A stretch of DNA of 64,000 nt from Monocercomonoides exilis PA203. Taxonomy: Eukaryota; Protista; Preaxostyla. The notes beneath the pieces are model-generated. The model was given only the letters and a program-made list of their open reading frames with translations, ran no database searches and had not been told where the DNA came from. The translations under genes were made by a program, and so were the position numbers. Below are positions 1 through 11,899 of this stretch, one piece after another. Where the stretch lies: NCBI GenBank assembly GCA_001643675.2, contig LSRY02000002.1, forward strand, positions 1,612,001 to 1,676,000. The letters run 5' to 3'. Every line of letters starts with the position of its first letter. Position 1 is the first letter of the stretch.

Positions 1-410
1 TTATTCTCTCAGGAACTGTTTGTCCAGAATTACAGTTTGGTGGCTTGCCTTCTCCAGGTGCTATTCTAATTATTTTAATAGTTTCAGATGAATTACTGAT
101 GGTTTGTTCAGTTGATTCTGAATTAGGCATCACTAACGTATACCATAAAGGCTACGAAAAAGAAAAAAAATTCACAACTTGAACAATTCTGTGGGGGAAT
201 CTGATCCAAAAATTTTTGTGAGCATTGATTATTAGAAAGACAAGGTCGTGGAGAATTCATCATTGGCGAAGGAAATGGAAAAGGGGGTTGCCCAAATGGA
301 CCACAACAAGAGTCTTGACAACCACGGAAAAAATCATCAAACCCGTTCCATTGAGAGTTAATAAATTTAATAAAAATTACAAAAATATATAAATGAAAGT
401 CGATTGTCAT
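1..410 (-). CDS. Partial hypothetical protein, possibly secreted (Cys/Pro-rich N-terminus); probably spliced and continuing past the window start
   Basis: ORF 123-410 has a hydrophobic N-terminus followed by a Cys/Pro-rich segment. A T-rich intron-like tract lies near 160-170, with coding-like sequence beyond it. No family recognised. Confidence 0.3.
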
Positions 411-1206
411 TGCAAATTCAGAGAAATAATTCTTTTGATGATTATAAGCGTCAAAGGAAAAGAATCATGGGTAAAAAGGAACTGTAGTCATAAAAACGTA
501 ACATACATATTTCAATTACTAACAAAGCAGGAAAAAATATACAATCAATAATATGAATCATAAAATTTGTAATTCACGAAATATTAGTTGTTTGCCCTCA
601 AAAATTTATAATTTATAAACTTAAACAATATAAACTTTATAATGGGATTTTTCGAAATGAAAAGGATAATAACATTAACGGTTCAGTCATCGATATGCTT
701 GCACTTCCAATCAACAATAATACTCAAATTTCAATGTTTTGAGATAAAAAAAAATAATTAACAACTCCAAATAACGAACAAAAAAAGCTCTTCATCAAAG
801 AAAAGAATCATGTTTCCTGCAAATCATGATTTATTTATTATAAAAACGAACATGAAACGTCTTTCCAAACACTTATCATTGGAGATGATTTGATATTTAG
901 ACTTGAAATGTTCCATTTTTATTAGAAAAGGAAGCTGTAACGTTTGCGCAACGCTTTGTTTGATTTATTTATTTGTTGCAACGAAAAAATTGAATGATAA
1001 AGAGGAGTGAAAAATTTCAAGCATTTTTTCCATTGCAACTTTAACTTGTTGGATCATTTGTGACAGATATGTTCAATAAAGATAAAGGCAATGTGTAAAT
1101 TTATTTGTTTACTTTTTAAGGTGAATAATTGTGCAATTTAAAATAAATTGAAATGAGTTCATTTCATGAGCTAAATTTAACGCGAAAGAACAGAGAGAAA
1201 AAATGT

Positions 1207-1661
1207 TTAAACCACTAGTTTTCGTTGCTCTTCAAAATAAAGTTTTCCAAAAACCATTACACCAAGAGCAGAAACAGCAAATCCAACAATTTCAGGGAAA
1301 AGAAGATAGTAGTTAAACCAATAAAGAGTAATAACAACTGCGGCTGAAAGAAGTGAAACGAAGAATCCGAAGAAATAGCACTTTCCCGACAGTGACGCAG
1401 ATTTTCGTGATTTTAATCCAACAAATGTTATCTTTTTTGAAATGTCATTAAAAATTATAAGCGTTAAGACTTCAAATTAAAGAATAATTGAGAGCAAACC
1501 ATGATGAGAAAAATGGCGAACAGTGCAACCATTCCGACTGAATACACCTGAGAAACAATAACAGGTGGAGGTGCTTTATGAACTTCGAACACGTGTTCCA
1601 ATTCTGGCTTGAATGTGAACGCTTTTTCCATTTCTTTTGTTTGATCTTGATCAATTATCAT
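1207..1661 (-). CDS. RPN2: Minimal ribophorin II / Swp1-like oligosaccharyltransferase subunit (C-terminal membrane region only, about 128 aa; exons 1661-1500 and 1431-1207)
   Basis: FTFKPELEHVFEVHKAPPPVIVSQVY resembles RPN2 FTPKQEIQHLF...RPPTVVS. A phase-0 GT-AG intron at 1499-1432 joins it to ...AVVITLYWFNYYLLFPEIVGFAVSALGVMVFGKLY (the YW motif and final TM helices). Confidence 0.65.
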
Positions 1662-2185
1662 GTTTTAATGTTTATTAGTGTTAGATTTTTATAATATGAA
1701 AAAGACTTATTCAAAAAAATATGTCCAATTAAATTATAGTGAAAACATTGATAGGTCACAGTGATTTTTTATTCTGCCTTAATGATTTCAATACTTCATT
1801 CTGTTTCATTCTTTTAGTATTTTTTTTTTTTTTTGGAAAAAATTTTTTTGTGAATATTATTTAAATTTCATTTTTGTTTTTTTTGGATTATTAATTAATG
1901 AATTAATTAATCAATTTTTCAATTGTTTATTTCCAACATATGAAATCAAAAAAGAAAAACAACAGAAATGGAAAAAATGAAATCCAAATAAAAACTGATA
2001 ATTTTTACACTGATTTTGTAAAAACAAATGTTATTATTATTAACAGTGTTTATTCTTCTTCAACAAATCTTTTCAATTGAGACTAATCTTGGTTTTATTA
2101 AAGTGTCCCAAAAGTGACACATGTTTGTTTATATGTTTTAATATCCTTATTTAAGAAAAAAGAAAACTTAAGTTTTATCTTCGGA

Positions 2186-3286
2186 ATGGCTTCTCAAGGC
2201 TCTGGTGTTGTTTCACGAGGCTCATATAAAAATCATGGAGATTGGGTCACTTCAATTGCAGCAGCAGGTGATCACATTGTTTCAGGATCTCGGGGTTTGT
2301 TTAAAGCATACTTTTCTTTTACCAGCAAACTAAAATTACTTATTCATAATATATAATTGTCCACCCTTCATTTCACATCATGTTGAATTTCAAATTTTTT
2401 TAAAAATTGCTTTTCAGACAAAACTTTGTGCATGTGGAAAATTAATGAAACCCATCCAGAATCATACATAACACCAAAAAGTGTTTTGACTGGTCACAAT
2501 CACTTCGTCCAAGATATTTGCCTGTCATCTGATGGCCAATATGCCCTTTCAGCTTCATGGGATAAGACATTGCGCTTGTGGGATCTTTCAGCAAAAAAAA
2601 CAATCGCCCGTTTCAATGGTCACACAGACGATGTTCTTTCAGTTGCTCTTTCTCGTGGAAACCGCCAAATCATTTCAGCTGGGCGTGATAAAACCATCAA
2701 ATTGTGGAACATTCATGGCGAATTGAAATACTCCACAGCCGAGTTGCCAGAATGGATTACCTGCGTGAGATTTGGAATGGCCGATGACCTCAACCCAATT
2801 GTTTCAGCAGGATACGACAGAATGATTCGTGTGTGGGATAGAACAACATTTGCTCAGAAATATGCATTGACAGGCCACACAGGATACATCAACTCTATTG
2901 CCATTTCACCAGATAGCGCTTTCGTTGCATCAGGTGGAAAAGATCAGGTTGTGAATCTTTATGACCTTAACACAGGATCACATTTGTACACATTGCAAGC
3001 TGGTGATGTGATCAACTCTATCACTTTCTCTCCAAGCAAATTATGGATTGCTGTTGGAACTGATTCTGCTCTCAAGATTTTCTGCCTCAAGAAGAAACAA
3101 TGCATCATTGACTTGAAGCTTCAGGCTGCTGATCGCGAAGTTGCAGTTGATGCTGAAGCTGAAACGAAAGAACCAAAAGTTCCAAAATGCTTGTCAACTT
3201 CATTCTCAATCGACGGAATGAATTTGTTTGCTTGCTATTCTGATGGCTTCATCAGATCTTGGAACATTCCAGCTACAACTCAATAA
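2186..3286 (+). CDS. RACK1: RACK1/Asc1, WD40 40S ribosomal scaffold protein (exons 2186-2294 and 2418-3286)
   Basis: Splicing out intron 2295-2417 restores SGSRDKTL. Motifs HGDWVTSIA, LTGHNHFVQD..LSSDGQYALSASWDKTLRLWDL and GHTGYINSIAISPD are present. Confidence 0.95.
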
Positions 3287-3800
3287 AACTTTTCTTCTTA
3301 ACTTTTAAATTTTATTCATTTCTTGTATAAGTTCCAAAATTTCTTATGAAATATTGGTCTTTTTGTGTGTAGAAGCTGTGGCTTTAGTTTGGATTATGAT
3401 CATAATATTTTTCGTATTGGATTTTGACAATTTATAAAAGTACCGATTCAAAAAGTGATTTAAATTGCTATTAGAAAATTTATTAAAAAATTGCGTTAAA
3501 GAAAAATTCAAGAAGAATTCTTGTTAACTTTTTTTAACACATTTTCAATTTTATGAATCAAAATTCTGTTGATATCCGAGAAAAGACTAACAAAAATCAA
3601 AAATAAAAAAATAAAAACATTCACGCAATATATTTTTACATATAAAACGAAAGTTAATAACATTCTAAAACACCAATTGACAGAGAAATATAAAACGGAA
3701 ATACAAAAAGAACAATACAAAGAAAAAGCAAACATATCCACAATTATCCCAAATCCAATCTCTTCCATTGAAGAATCATCTCTTCATTGGCAATGCTCAT

Positions 3801-4614
3801 TCATATCCCATCCACAATGCTCCACTGTGCGGGAAGATACTTTGGCTTCATGGTGTCGATGAAGTGCTGCCTCCACTTCAACACAAACTGCATCAGCGCT
3901 GGATGGTCAGACATGTCAAAGTCCACATGCCAGTGGAGCGTGTGGAGCGAGTCGAGATCAGCAATGGAGGATAAGCGGAAGGCTGGGTGCAGCATGGATG
4001 AAGGCGCATTGGATGGAACAGTGTCACTCTTTTCAGAAGTGGGATCAGAAGGAGAAGAAGTGGAAGAAGAGGAGGATGTTGAAGAAGAAGAAGAAGAAGA
4101 ACTGGATGCAGATTCCTCTTCGTTCGAATCTTTATGTTTCCTGTTGCAATATTCTACGATGGGAACAGGAGGCAGCTCTTCATCAAATCCTTCGTACTTC
4201 GCTCCTTCTGGAAGAAGGAACACCCGCCGTATGTCTCTGATGGCAACTGCTTTGTGCGACTTGTGCTTTGTAAACTCTGTCGGCCTCCGCTTGTTGTCAG
4301 CTGGACGAGGAAGATGAGATTGCACATCTTTCTCGGACTCTTCTTCTTCTAACTTGGTGTACTCTGCCTCGTTTGCTTTTTCACTCGTATTCTCTTTTTC
4401 TTTTTCTTTCTCCTTCCCTTTCTCTTTCAGCAGCCTCACATCTTCTTCCAGAAGCCATTCAACAACATCTTCTCCAACTTCGCGAACGCCGAAAAAGTCG
4501 AGAAAATCTCGAAAAGAATTCGTTGATTCAATGAGATTCTTGAGCAGCGGATGAATGTGGAGAAGAGGCGAAGACTGAGGCAAAGAAGAAAGAGCTGATG
4601 CCGATATTGGTGCA

Positions 4615-4682
<68 letters not shown>

Positions 4683-7048
4683 GGATGATGATGATGATGA
4701 TGATGATGAGGATGATGAGGATGATGAGGATGATGAGGATGATGAAGTTGAAAGAGATGATGATAAAACAGGAGATTCACTTTTAGGCGAAGCCACAGAG
4801 TTTGATGAAACTTCTGATGAAACAGTTGAATGTTCCGATTGTTTCTCTTCTGATGGATTAGCATCTGGATTGCTTTGAACTGAATGGCATTCAACATCTG
4901 TGTTGGTTTCTTTCACATTACTACTACTACTACTTCTATCTGAAGAAGAAGAAGAATTACTTTCAACCTCGCTTCTCCTTCCTTCTTCCTTTTCTCCTTC
5001 ACAAGCTTCAGCCTCTTCCCCCTCATTCACCATCCCCCACTTCTTCAGATACATCATTGCCAGCGTCACCAGCCCTTCTGCCCTCTCCCTCGGCATTCCT
5101 TTGATCTTCCCACTCAGAAATCCCTTCAGAGCTGTTGCCGCCTTCCACACACGACGCAGCGCCTCTCCTTCAGTTCCTCCTGGAATACGCCACGCGATCT
5201 CAGGCGACGTCGGAGAGAAAGCCGGGTGTGACAGCTGAGACTCCTCAGAATCTGAATTCTGCAATGCCTCCCCTTTCCTCTCAGCGCCCTTCTTGTTCTT
5301 CTCCTCTTTTTCCTTCCTGCGTTTCTCTTCGACGTCAGCAGCGATGGCTTCCTTCAGCTTGTCAGCGTGCACTTCGTACTGCGAGTGGCACTTGTGGCAC
5401 AGCAGCAGAACATCGTGTGAGACATGTTCTTTGAACGAAGGCGGCAGCCAGCGGATGTACACAGCCGGAAGAACATGGTGACGTGTCAGCCCTTCCACCT
5501 CGTCCTCACTGCTGTTCCCTCCCCGCTCATTCGCCTCGTCGCTGCTCAGCTCTTCCTCTGACAAAAGATCATTCATTTGGGCTTCTTTGTCCTGTTCGTT
5601 GTCGTTTGTATTTCCTGTTTCGTATTCATCGTATTCTATTTCTCCTTCTCCTTCTTTACACTTCCTCATTTTTCCAGTGTTTCTTTTAGCCTTCGCTTTT
5701 TTCGTGCTGTTCTCTGAATCTAACTGACTGGCATCAATTCCAAGATCATATGTCGTAATCTTTGTAAGGTCGATTTCTTTGTCATCCTTTACTTCTTCCT
5801 TTGCCAAATTTGCTGTATCTTCTTTGCATTCTTTGGCATTTTTTTCTGATTCTCCTTCTTTTTGTTCATTTTTTACATTACACTCTCCGCATTTTCCTTT
5901 CTCTTCTTCTTTCTCCTCTTTCTTTTCATCATCCTTCTTCTGAGGCGGCTCCCATCCGCACACTACACATCTGTCGTGTTTCTTTCCCATTGGATAGTGC
6001 TTCATGCTTTTCACAGGCAGATAGCATTCCAGTTCATATGGATCGTCCAGTGAAAGCACCTGAGATGGGCGCGAGTTTATGTCAGCAAGAGAATCAAGCG
6101 TCGTCGGTGAAACACAAGTTGCCACGTCATCTGCAAATGAAGGTTGTGATGCTGATGTGGCTGTTGTTGAAGAAGACGATGAAGTTGTGTCTTTCTTTGA
6201 AGATTCACCGCTAGGCGTCGAACTTGAATATGCAATGACCTCGGGTGCGATTATAGAATTGGTTATATTTGCATGTGGCCGAAGTTTTTCGCCAAGAGCA
6301 TAACCCCTTGGATATATACATAATTGTATCAAGCTTTTATCGTGATCCGTTTGTGGATTTACTGATCTCTGAAAAACAGAAAAGAGAATTGACTCTTCAT
6401 TCATAGCAACTGGCTTTTTCGGTGGTACTTTCTTGAGTATAATTGTGGAGGGATCATTTAAGTCCGTTTGAGTAAATTGATATTCGATTCCTATGTGTCT
6501 ATCCAAGTACCAATCTGCTTTCTTTCTCGAAATACGAGCAATTGGTATGCCCATTGGATCGAGTAAAAGAATATTGTCGTATTTTGCTCTTGCTAATGCC
6601 CACTTTTTTTTTGAATGTTCGTTTTTATCTGTTAGAAATTCATTTTCAAATTGCTGGGGTAATGGTCGAGGTGTTTTATTTAAAACACGAATAATTGAAT
6701 CTTTTTCTTGATTCAAACTTATCCATTGACAATACTGTATAAGAGGTACAATTTGTTTGAGGTAATGAATGCTTCTTGAGGCTTCCAAAATTGGTTGTGC
6801 TTCCTTCCTCTTTTCGCATCTTCCAATTATTGATTGTATTTTTGGAAAAGAAAGTATTTGTAGCAATGGTATCCCTAAACAGAATGTTAATTAATTATAA
6901 TTTATGATATACTCTTCAACTTTGAGTTAAGCAAACTATTTCCCGATGATTCATATTTTTGTTTAAGAATAACGTCGTTTTCAAAATTGGGGCCAAACCA
7001 ATGGTCAAATGCTTTTATAATATTTCTTTTATCTGTTGCCTTCAACAT
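3801..7048 (-). CDS. EXD2 C-terminal-domain (HNH-like zinc-binding) protein with long acidic/Ser-rich insertions; exons 7048-6913 and 6874-3801
   Basis: YDNILLLDPMG..RKKADWYLDRHIG, CVVCG, RHHVLP..Y..LP..FKEH.SHDVLLLCHKCH and WRQHFIDTMKPKYLPAQWS match the EXD2/RRP6L3 C-terminal region. A 38-nt intron (6912-6875) links an upstream ATG exon in frame. Confidence 0.8.
4615..4745. repeat. (GAT/GAG)n trinucleotide microsatellite encoding poly-Ser on the minus strand
   Basis: Directly visible tandem repeat. Confidence 0.95.
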
Positions 7049-8122
7049 TGAATATTTGGAACAAATGTCTGGTTTGAGCTCAACAACACAAAATTTTTAA
7101 AAAACTATTTTTGATCTGAGGTCATAAATAAATTTTTGAAAACAATAAATCATTTCGGATTGTTTGATCGAAAATTATAAAAGATAACAGAGATATTTAT
7201 TATTCAATTTACACATTCAGTTGTCTTCATCAATGAAGAATGATTTCTATGTTAGAATGCAATTCATTTTCAAACAACATTTACACGATGAAAGTGTTTT
7301 AATTTCATTTTTCTGAAATAATATGCAATAATAACAAATTACGTTTTTGAAGAGTGCATATTAAAAATTTAGAAGATATTTCAGACAACTTGTTGATCAC
7401 CATCATCTTCGTCAGTTTTTTCAAGGGAAAACAAAGTGCAATAACTTCTTTTCATGTTTGTGATGAATGCAATTGATAATTTTCTAGAGTGAGGAAGGAG
7501 CCCGTGAGGCTCTTAAGTGTTTTTGCATTTAGGATGAAGACAATAAACCTGAAGGAAGAGGTTTTCGCAATATCAACCAAGAAAAAGTTGATTTTTGTTT
7601 TTTCTATTTATAAAATCAAAAAGAAATGATAGCAAAATGTTTCATCGTTTTTTAAAAATAGACCGAATAAAATGAAATGCAAAATTTAAACATAAAGCAG
7701 CTTTACTCATAATTCATTTCGAAAAAACGAAAGAAAAGAAAAGAAAACGAAACAATAGAAATGTTAAACATAATGGATAGAAATCCACAAGTATCATTCT
7801 ACCCAATACAATTATAAATCTAATTCAAAATTAAAAAGACACAATATAACCTGAATCACAACTTTATGAAATTGTATAAAATTTTCAAACACACACACAA
7901 AAAAAAAGTTCATAACATTTCAGTACACTTTACATAAAGTTCATTACAATCGAGACGACAATACAAAGCATCATTGAGACTTACAATATTAAATAAAATA
8001 CTCATTAACAAAATATTAAGTCTCAAACGAAGAATATATTTTTTGTTTGAAAACTTCATATCTAGTCGATGCATCTTATAGTTAACAAAAATATACCTTA
8101 TTTTCAAGCATTAAAAGTTTGG

Positions 8123-10414
8123 CTATTTCTTCTCTTCTTTCTTGTCTTGGTCGTCTGAAGCTTCTTTCTTTTCCTCGTTGTGTTCTTTATTTATGCCTCT
8201 CAACTCATTTATTTCCTTCGTCAGTTTTTCAATGTCTGTCTGTAAAATGCTGGATCCTTCTTCCTTCCATTTTTCTGCCAGTTTGATAATATCTTCCCCA
8301 TTCTCAGCAAAGTGATTAAGAATTACATCTGCAAATTCAGTCTCTCCTTTCTTTGCTTTCTCAATCTGATCCAAAACAGCAAGCGTGATGTTGTGCTGCC
8401 TCACCGGTCTGTTGTATTCTTCGCTTTCTTTGGTTTGCGAATATGTCTCGTATCCTGGCTCGTTGTAGTACGGCTCCTCGACCAAAATCAGCGCTTGGAT
8501 CGAAATCAGCACCTGAAGCAGAGTTGAATGATCTGCATTCCAGGACTCCCCTTCATCTCCATCCCATGTTCCCAACAGAGAAAGACACACCATTCCGTCT
8601 TCATAAAGATTCGGATTGAAGCGGAAAGTCCCGCCGCCTGTTGTAACTATCTCCACATTCGGTGGGCAATTTGGATAATTTTCTGGGAAATTGCTAAAAA
8701 TTAATAAATAAATAAATAAAAGGGGGAAAAGTTTGTTAAATAAAGTTAATAAGCATTATCAACATGAGAAAAAAGTATTTTCCAATACGTATGCAGACAT
8801 TCATTCAAAAAGTTTAAAAAAAAAAACGAAAAGAAAAGAAAAGAAAAGAAAAGAAAAGAAAAGAAAAGAAAAGAAAAGAAAAGAATAAAAACATTTATCA
8901 GAAATTATTGAAAAAGAGTTAATAAATTACAATTCAAAAAGAAAAATTCATATAATTTTCCACATAAAGGCACACATGTCAAATTCGTACAGTCCTCCTT
9001 CGTAAGGCGTATCCTTTGGCCCGCTGATCATTGCTTTCACCAATCTAATCTCTGAAGGATCGAACACAACAAAGACTGAAGAATTCTTGCAGAGCGGAAG
9101 AGAAGTTGAAAGCGTTGTTAACTCCTGCATTATTCGCTTCGAGTTCACGTTCATTGATTTCCCTTCAATCCGACCGGCCATTGAATGCCTCTGTTTGAAA
9201 AGAGTGGAGTTTTCTGTTGCACTGAATTGGAGCGGCTGCAGACGCGAAATATAGCGCTGATTGAGGCCTTGCTCAAGCTCTGCTGATGAAGATTCGACTG
9301 AAAGAAAAGACGGCACCGAGCTGGACGATGCACATTGATCAGCGGTGCTTTCGGTGGAGCTCGACAATGTTGGTTCGCCCAATTCTTTTGATTCGTTCTT
9401 CGGGTCTTTCGTTTCTTCTTGCTTCACTTCTTTTTCATCGCTCTTTTTTGTCTGTTCTTCTTTCTTCTGAATCGCATTTTCTCCATGTTTTTTGGTTGTT
9501 TCGTCTAACCCATTTTCAATGCGCTTTTTGTCAATTTCCTCAAATAGATTTACAACACGCAATGCAAAATTGTACACTTCGTTTTCGCAATTATCCTCTG
9601 TCTCTGTCTTTTTGCTTTCTACGATTTCTTTTCCTTTATCCTCCGTTGTTTCATTCTCTTTTCCTGGTTTATCTTGCTCTTTGATTTCTTTAAACTCCTC
9701 TTCTTTTTCAATTTTTTCTTTGTTATCCTTTTCTTCATCCTGTTTCTGTTGTGATGATTCAGATTTAATCGAACTTTCTTGACTAAGATCAGGTGATGAT
9801 GCTTCTCTCAAAAGAAGAAAAGTTTTTGATGCCTTATATAAATTCTTTAATTGCTTGAACAAGGACTTTCCGTTTGGTTGAATTGAAATAAACAGAAGAC
9901 GGAACAAAATTTCATTTGCATTTAATTTTCTTATAATGTCAATGCATGCTAAGTAAAGAGGCAAAGATTTTGCAATTGACAGAAACGAATCATTCACAAT
10001 AACATCTTCAATAATTTGTAAAAATGAAGAAGAAGTTATAACTTCTGCCAATCGAGGAAAATCTGAAACTGGTACTGTTTGAAACACGTTCAGCAACTTT
10101 TGTAATGCTTCGTAACGTGTATTATTTAATTTTTGTTCTTTTTCTTCTTGTTGATCAATTGCGCTCCAATCATGACTAATACTGAAATCGTCTGATCCAT
10201 ATCCAACACCTGGTCCGTCAAAAAAAAAAAATATTATCATTATTTGAGTGAATCTAGATTTTTGCAAACCTTTTTTCCAAACGCCGCATCCTTCTGTTTT
10301 TGTATCATTTTCATTATTTTCAATGATTTCTGTTGTTTTTTCATCTATGAATGCTGGCTTAATTTCTTCTTCCAACAATTTGGTCATTTCAAGAATTGCA
10401 TTACTTTGAGACAT
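8123..10414 (-). CDS. BIRC6/UBE2O-type ubiquitin-conjugating (E2) enzyme, spliced
   Basis: KRIMQELTTLSTSLP, AMISGPKDTPYEGGLYEFDI|NFPENYPNCPP (intron 8975-8694), RFNPNLYEDGMVCLSLLGTW with the catalytic Cys, and EPYYNEPG. Removing a stopless 60-nt intron near 10210-10270 gives WKKGVGYGS, like BIRC6 WAKGTGFG. Confidence 0.9.
8828..8884. repeat. (GAAAA)n pentanucleotide microsatellite inside an intron
   Basis: Directly visible tandem repeat. Confidence 0.9.
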
Positions 10415-10941
10415 TCTTTATAAAACAAGAATGGTTTGTTAACGAGATGAAAATATTTCACTATATATGTTTTGATCAGAACTTGGTTTCTTCAGTTGTC
10501 AAATCAAAATCTTCCAAAAAAGAGGAAGAAAAGAAGAAAGAAAATCTTCGAACATTAATTGAGTCGAAGACAATTAAAAAATGCATGAGAATGAGATCTC
10601 TTATCATTCAAATGAAAATTAAATTTTCTTCAAAATACAAAAACTGTGAATAGGAAAAAAGGCTAACTTTTTTGTACTCGATTGACAAATAAATGTCAAA
10701 AAGATTTTGGGGATTACGATGTGATTAATTATTTTAGTAATAATATTAACGTAAAGTTTCAAACTTAAATATAAAAATTACACTTTCAAAGTGGAGCTAA
10801 AGCACCTCATGCTTCTCATGAACAATACATAAATTAATATTAGAAATGATACTGTTTTCAAAGATTTATTGATTGTAAGTGAAAATTCACAATGCCATTC
10901 ATAATAAATCTCAGAGGAGGACGAAAAGGAAAACAAATTTT

Positions 10942-11899
10942 TCAAAGAAAGTGATGACTACCAATTGTAAGTGTTGATGTTGAAAGCAATTTCAAATATT
11001 TCCTCTTGGTATGAAGTTGATAGTTATAAATACTTGGAAGCCCTAATGATAAAGAATCGAAACGAAATATAATTTTGTTGAATATTAATTCAAAATGAGA
11101 GAAAATACAATTCACATTTTAAAATATCATATCGAAAATGAAAATGATTGATAAAAGAAACTTTAAAAGACAAACAAAAACAAGTAATCGGAAGGAGAAT
11201 ATGTACAATAAAAGGTCCACTCACGCATGCATTAAATCTGTTTGGTAATGTTACTCCAATTTCTCTAGTTGGAACCAAATATTGCATCGCCTTTTACAAA
11301 TCATTATTAATGAAACTCGTTTGAAATTTTAGAATATTAAAAAAATGCAAACATAAATCCCTGAAAATGCTTCTCCAACAAAGCTTGTAATTGTAAGTAT
11401 GTGAAATGAAGAGTATCTAAGTTTTATCAGCCATGCTGGAAGATTATCAAAAAGAATTTCCAAAACGGAAAAGCCATTGTTGAGGATTTCAGATAAGCTC
11501 CAACTCAGTAAAAGCATTGGAGTCCACCATCCAATACAATAATCCGCAGAAATTGAAGTTATAACTGGACAAACGAGTGTTTTTGAGAGCATTTGCATTA
11601 AAACATATTTCCATCGTTCATCAATAACTCCAAATGCTGCAAAAACCATTTTCGTCCACATAACCATATGACCAATAAAACACCACTTAAACGCTGGCTT
11701 CCAATTATCTCTTAAATTTTGATTTGTTTTCCATAAGTGTAATGTTAAAATAAAAACAATGATCCTGAACATTAAGCGCAAAAAATAATTTTCAAAAATT
11801 TTGAAAATCATAAATTGTACGTTACCATATCATTAAAAGGCAATAATAATAAATTCCAAAGAATGACTGTTTTATGGTAATATCTTTTTTACTTTTCAT
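10942..11899 (-). CDS. HACD/Phs1 (PTPLA-family) 3-hydroxyacyl-CoA dehydratase-like membrane protein, multi-exon
   Basis: LLLSWSLSEIL, LPAWLIKLRYSSFHIL....VGE and C-terminal GLPSIYNYQLHTKRKYL follow the PTPLA pattern. Exon boundaries were inferred from GT-AG sites. Confidence 0.7.

Noticed and set aside
2295-2417. Intronic snoRNA in RACK1, as in yeast and vertebrate RACK1 introns
   Set aside because: No C box (RUGAUGA) and D box (CUGA) pair or clear H/ACA layout is visible.
4436-4897. Poly-His and poly-Met ORFs
   Set aside because: Alternate frames of the (GAT)n microsatellite within the EXD2-like gene.
7230-7630. Possible small spliced gene or structured RNA in a slightly GC-richer intergenic patch
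   Set aside because: I could not assemble a consistent exon chain or recognise an RNA family.
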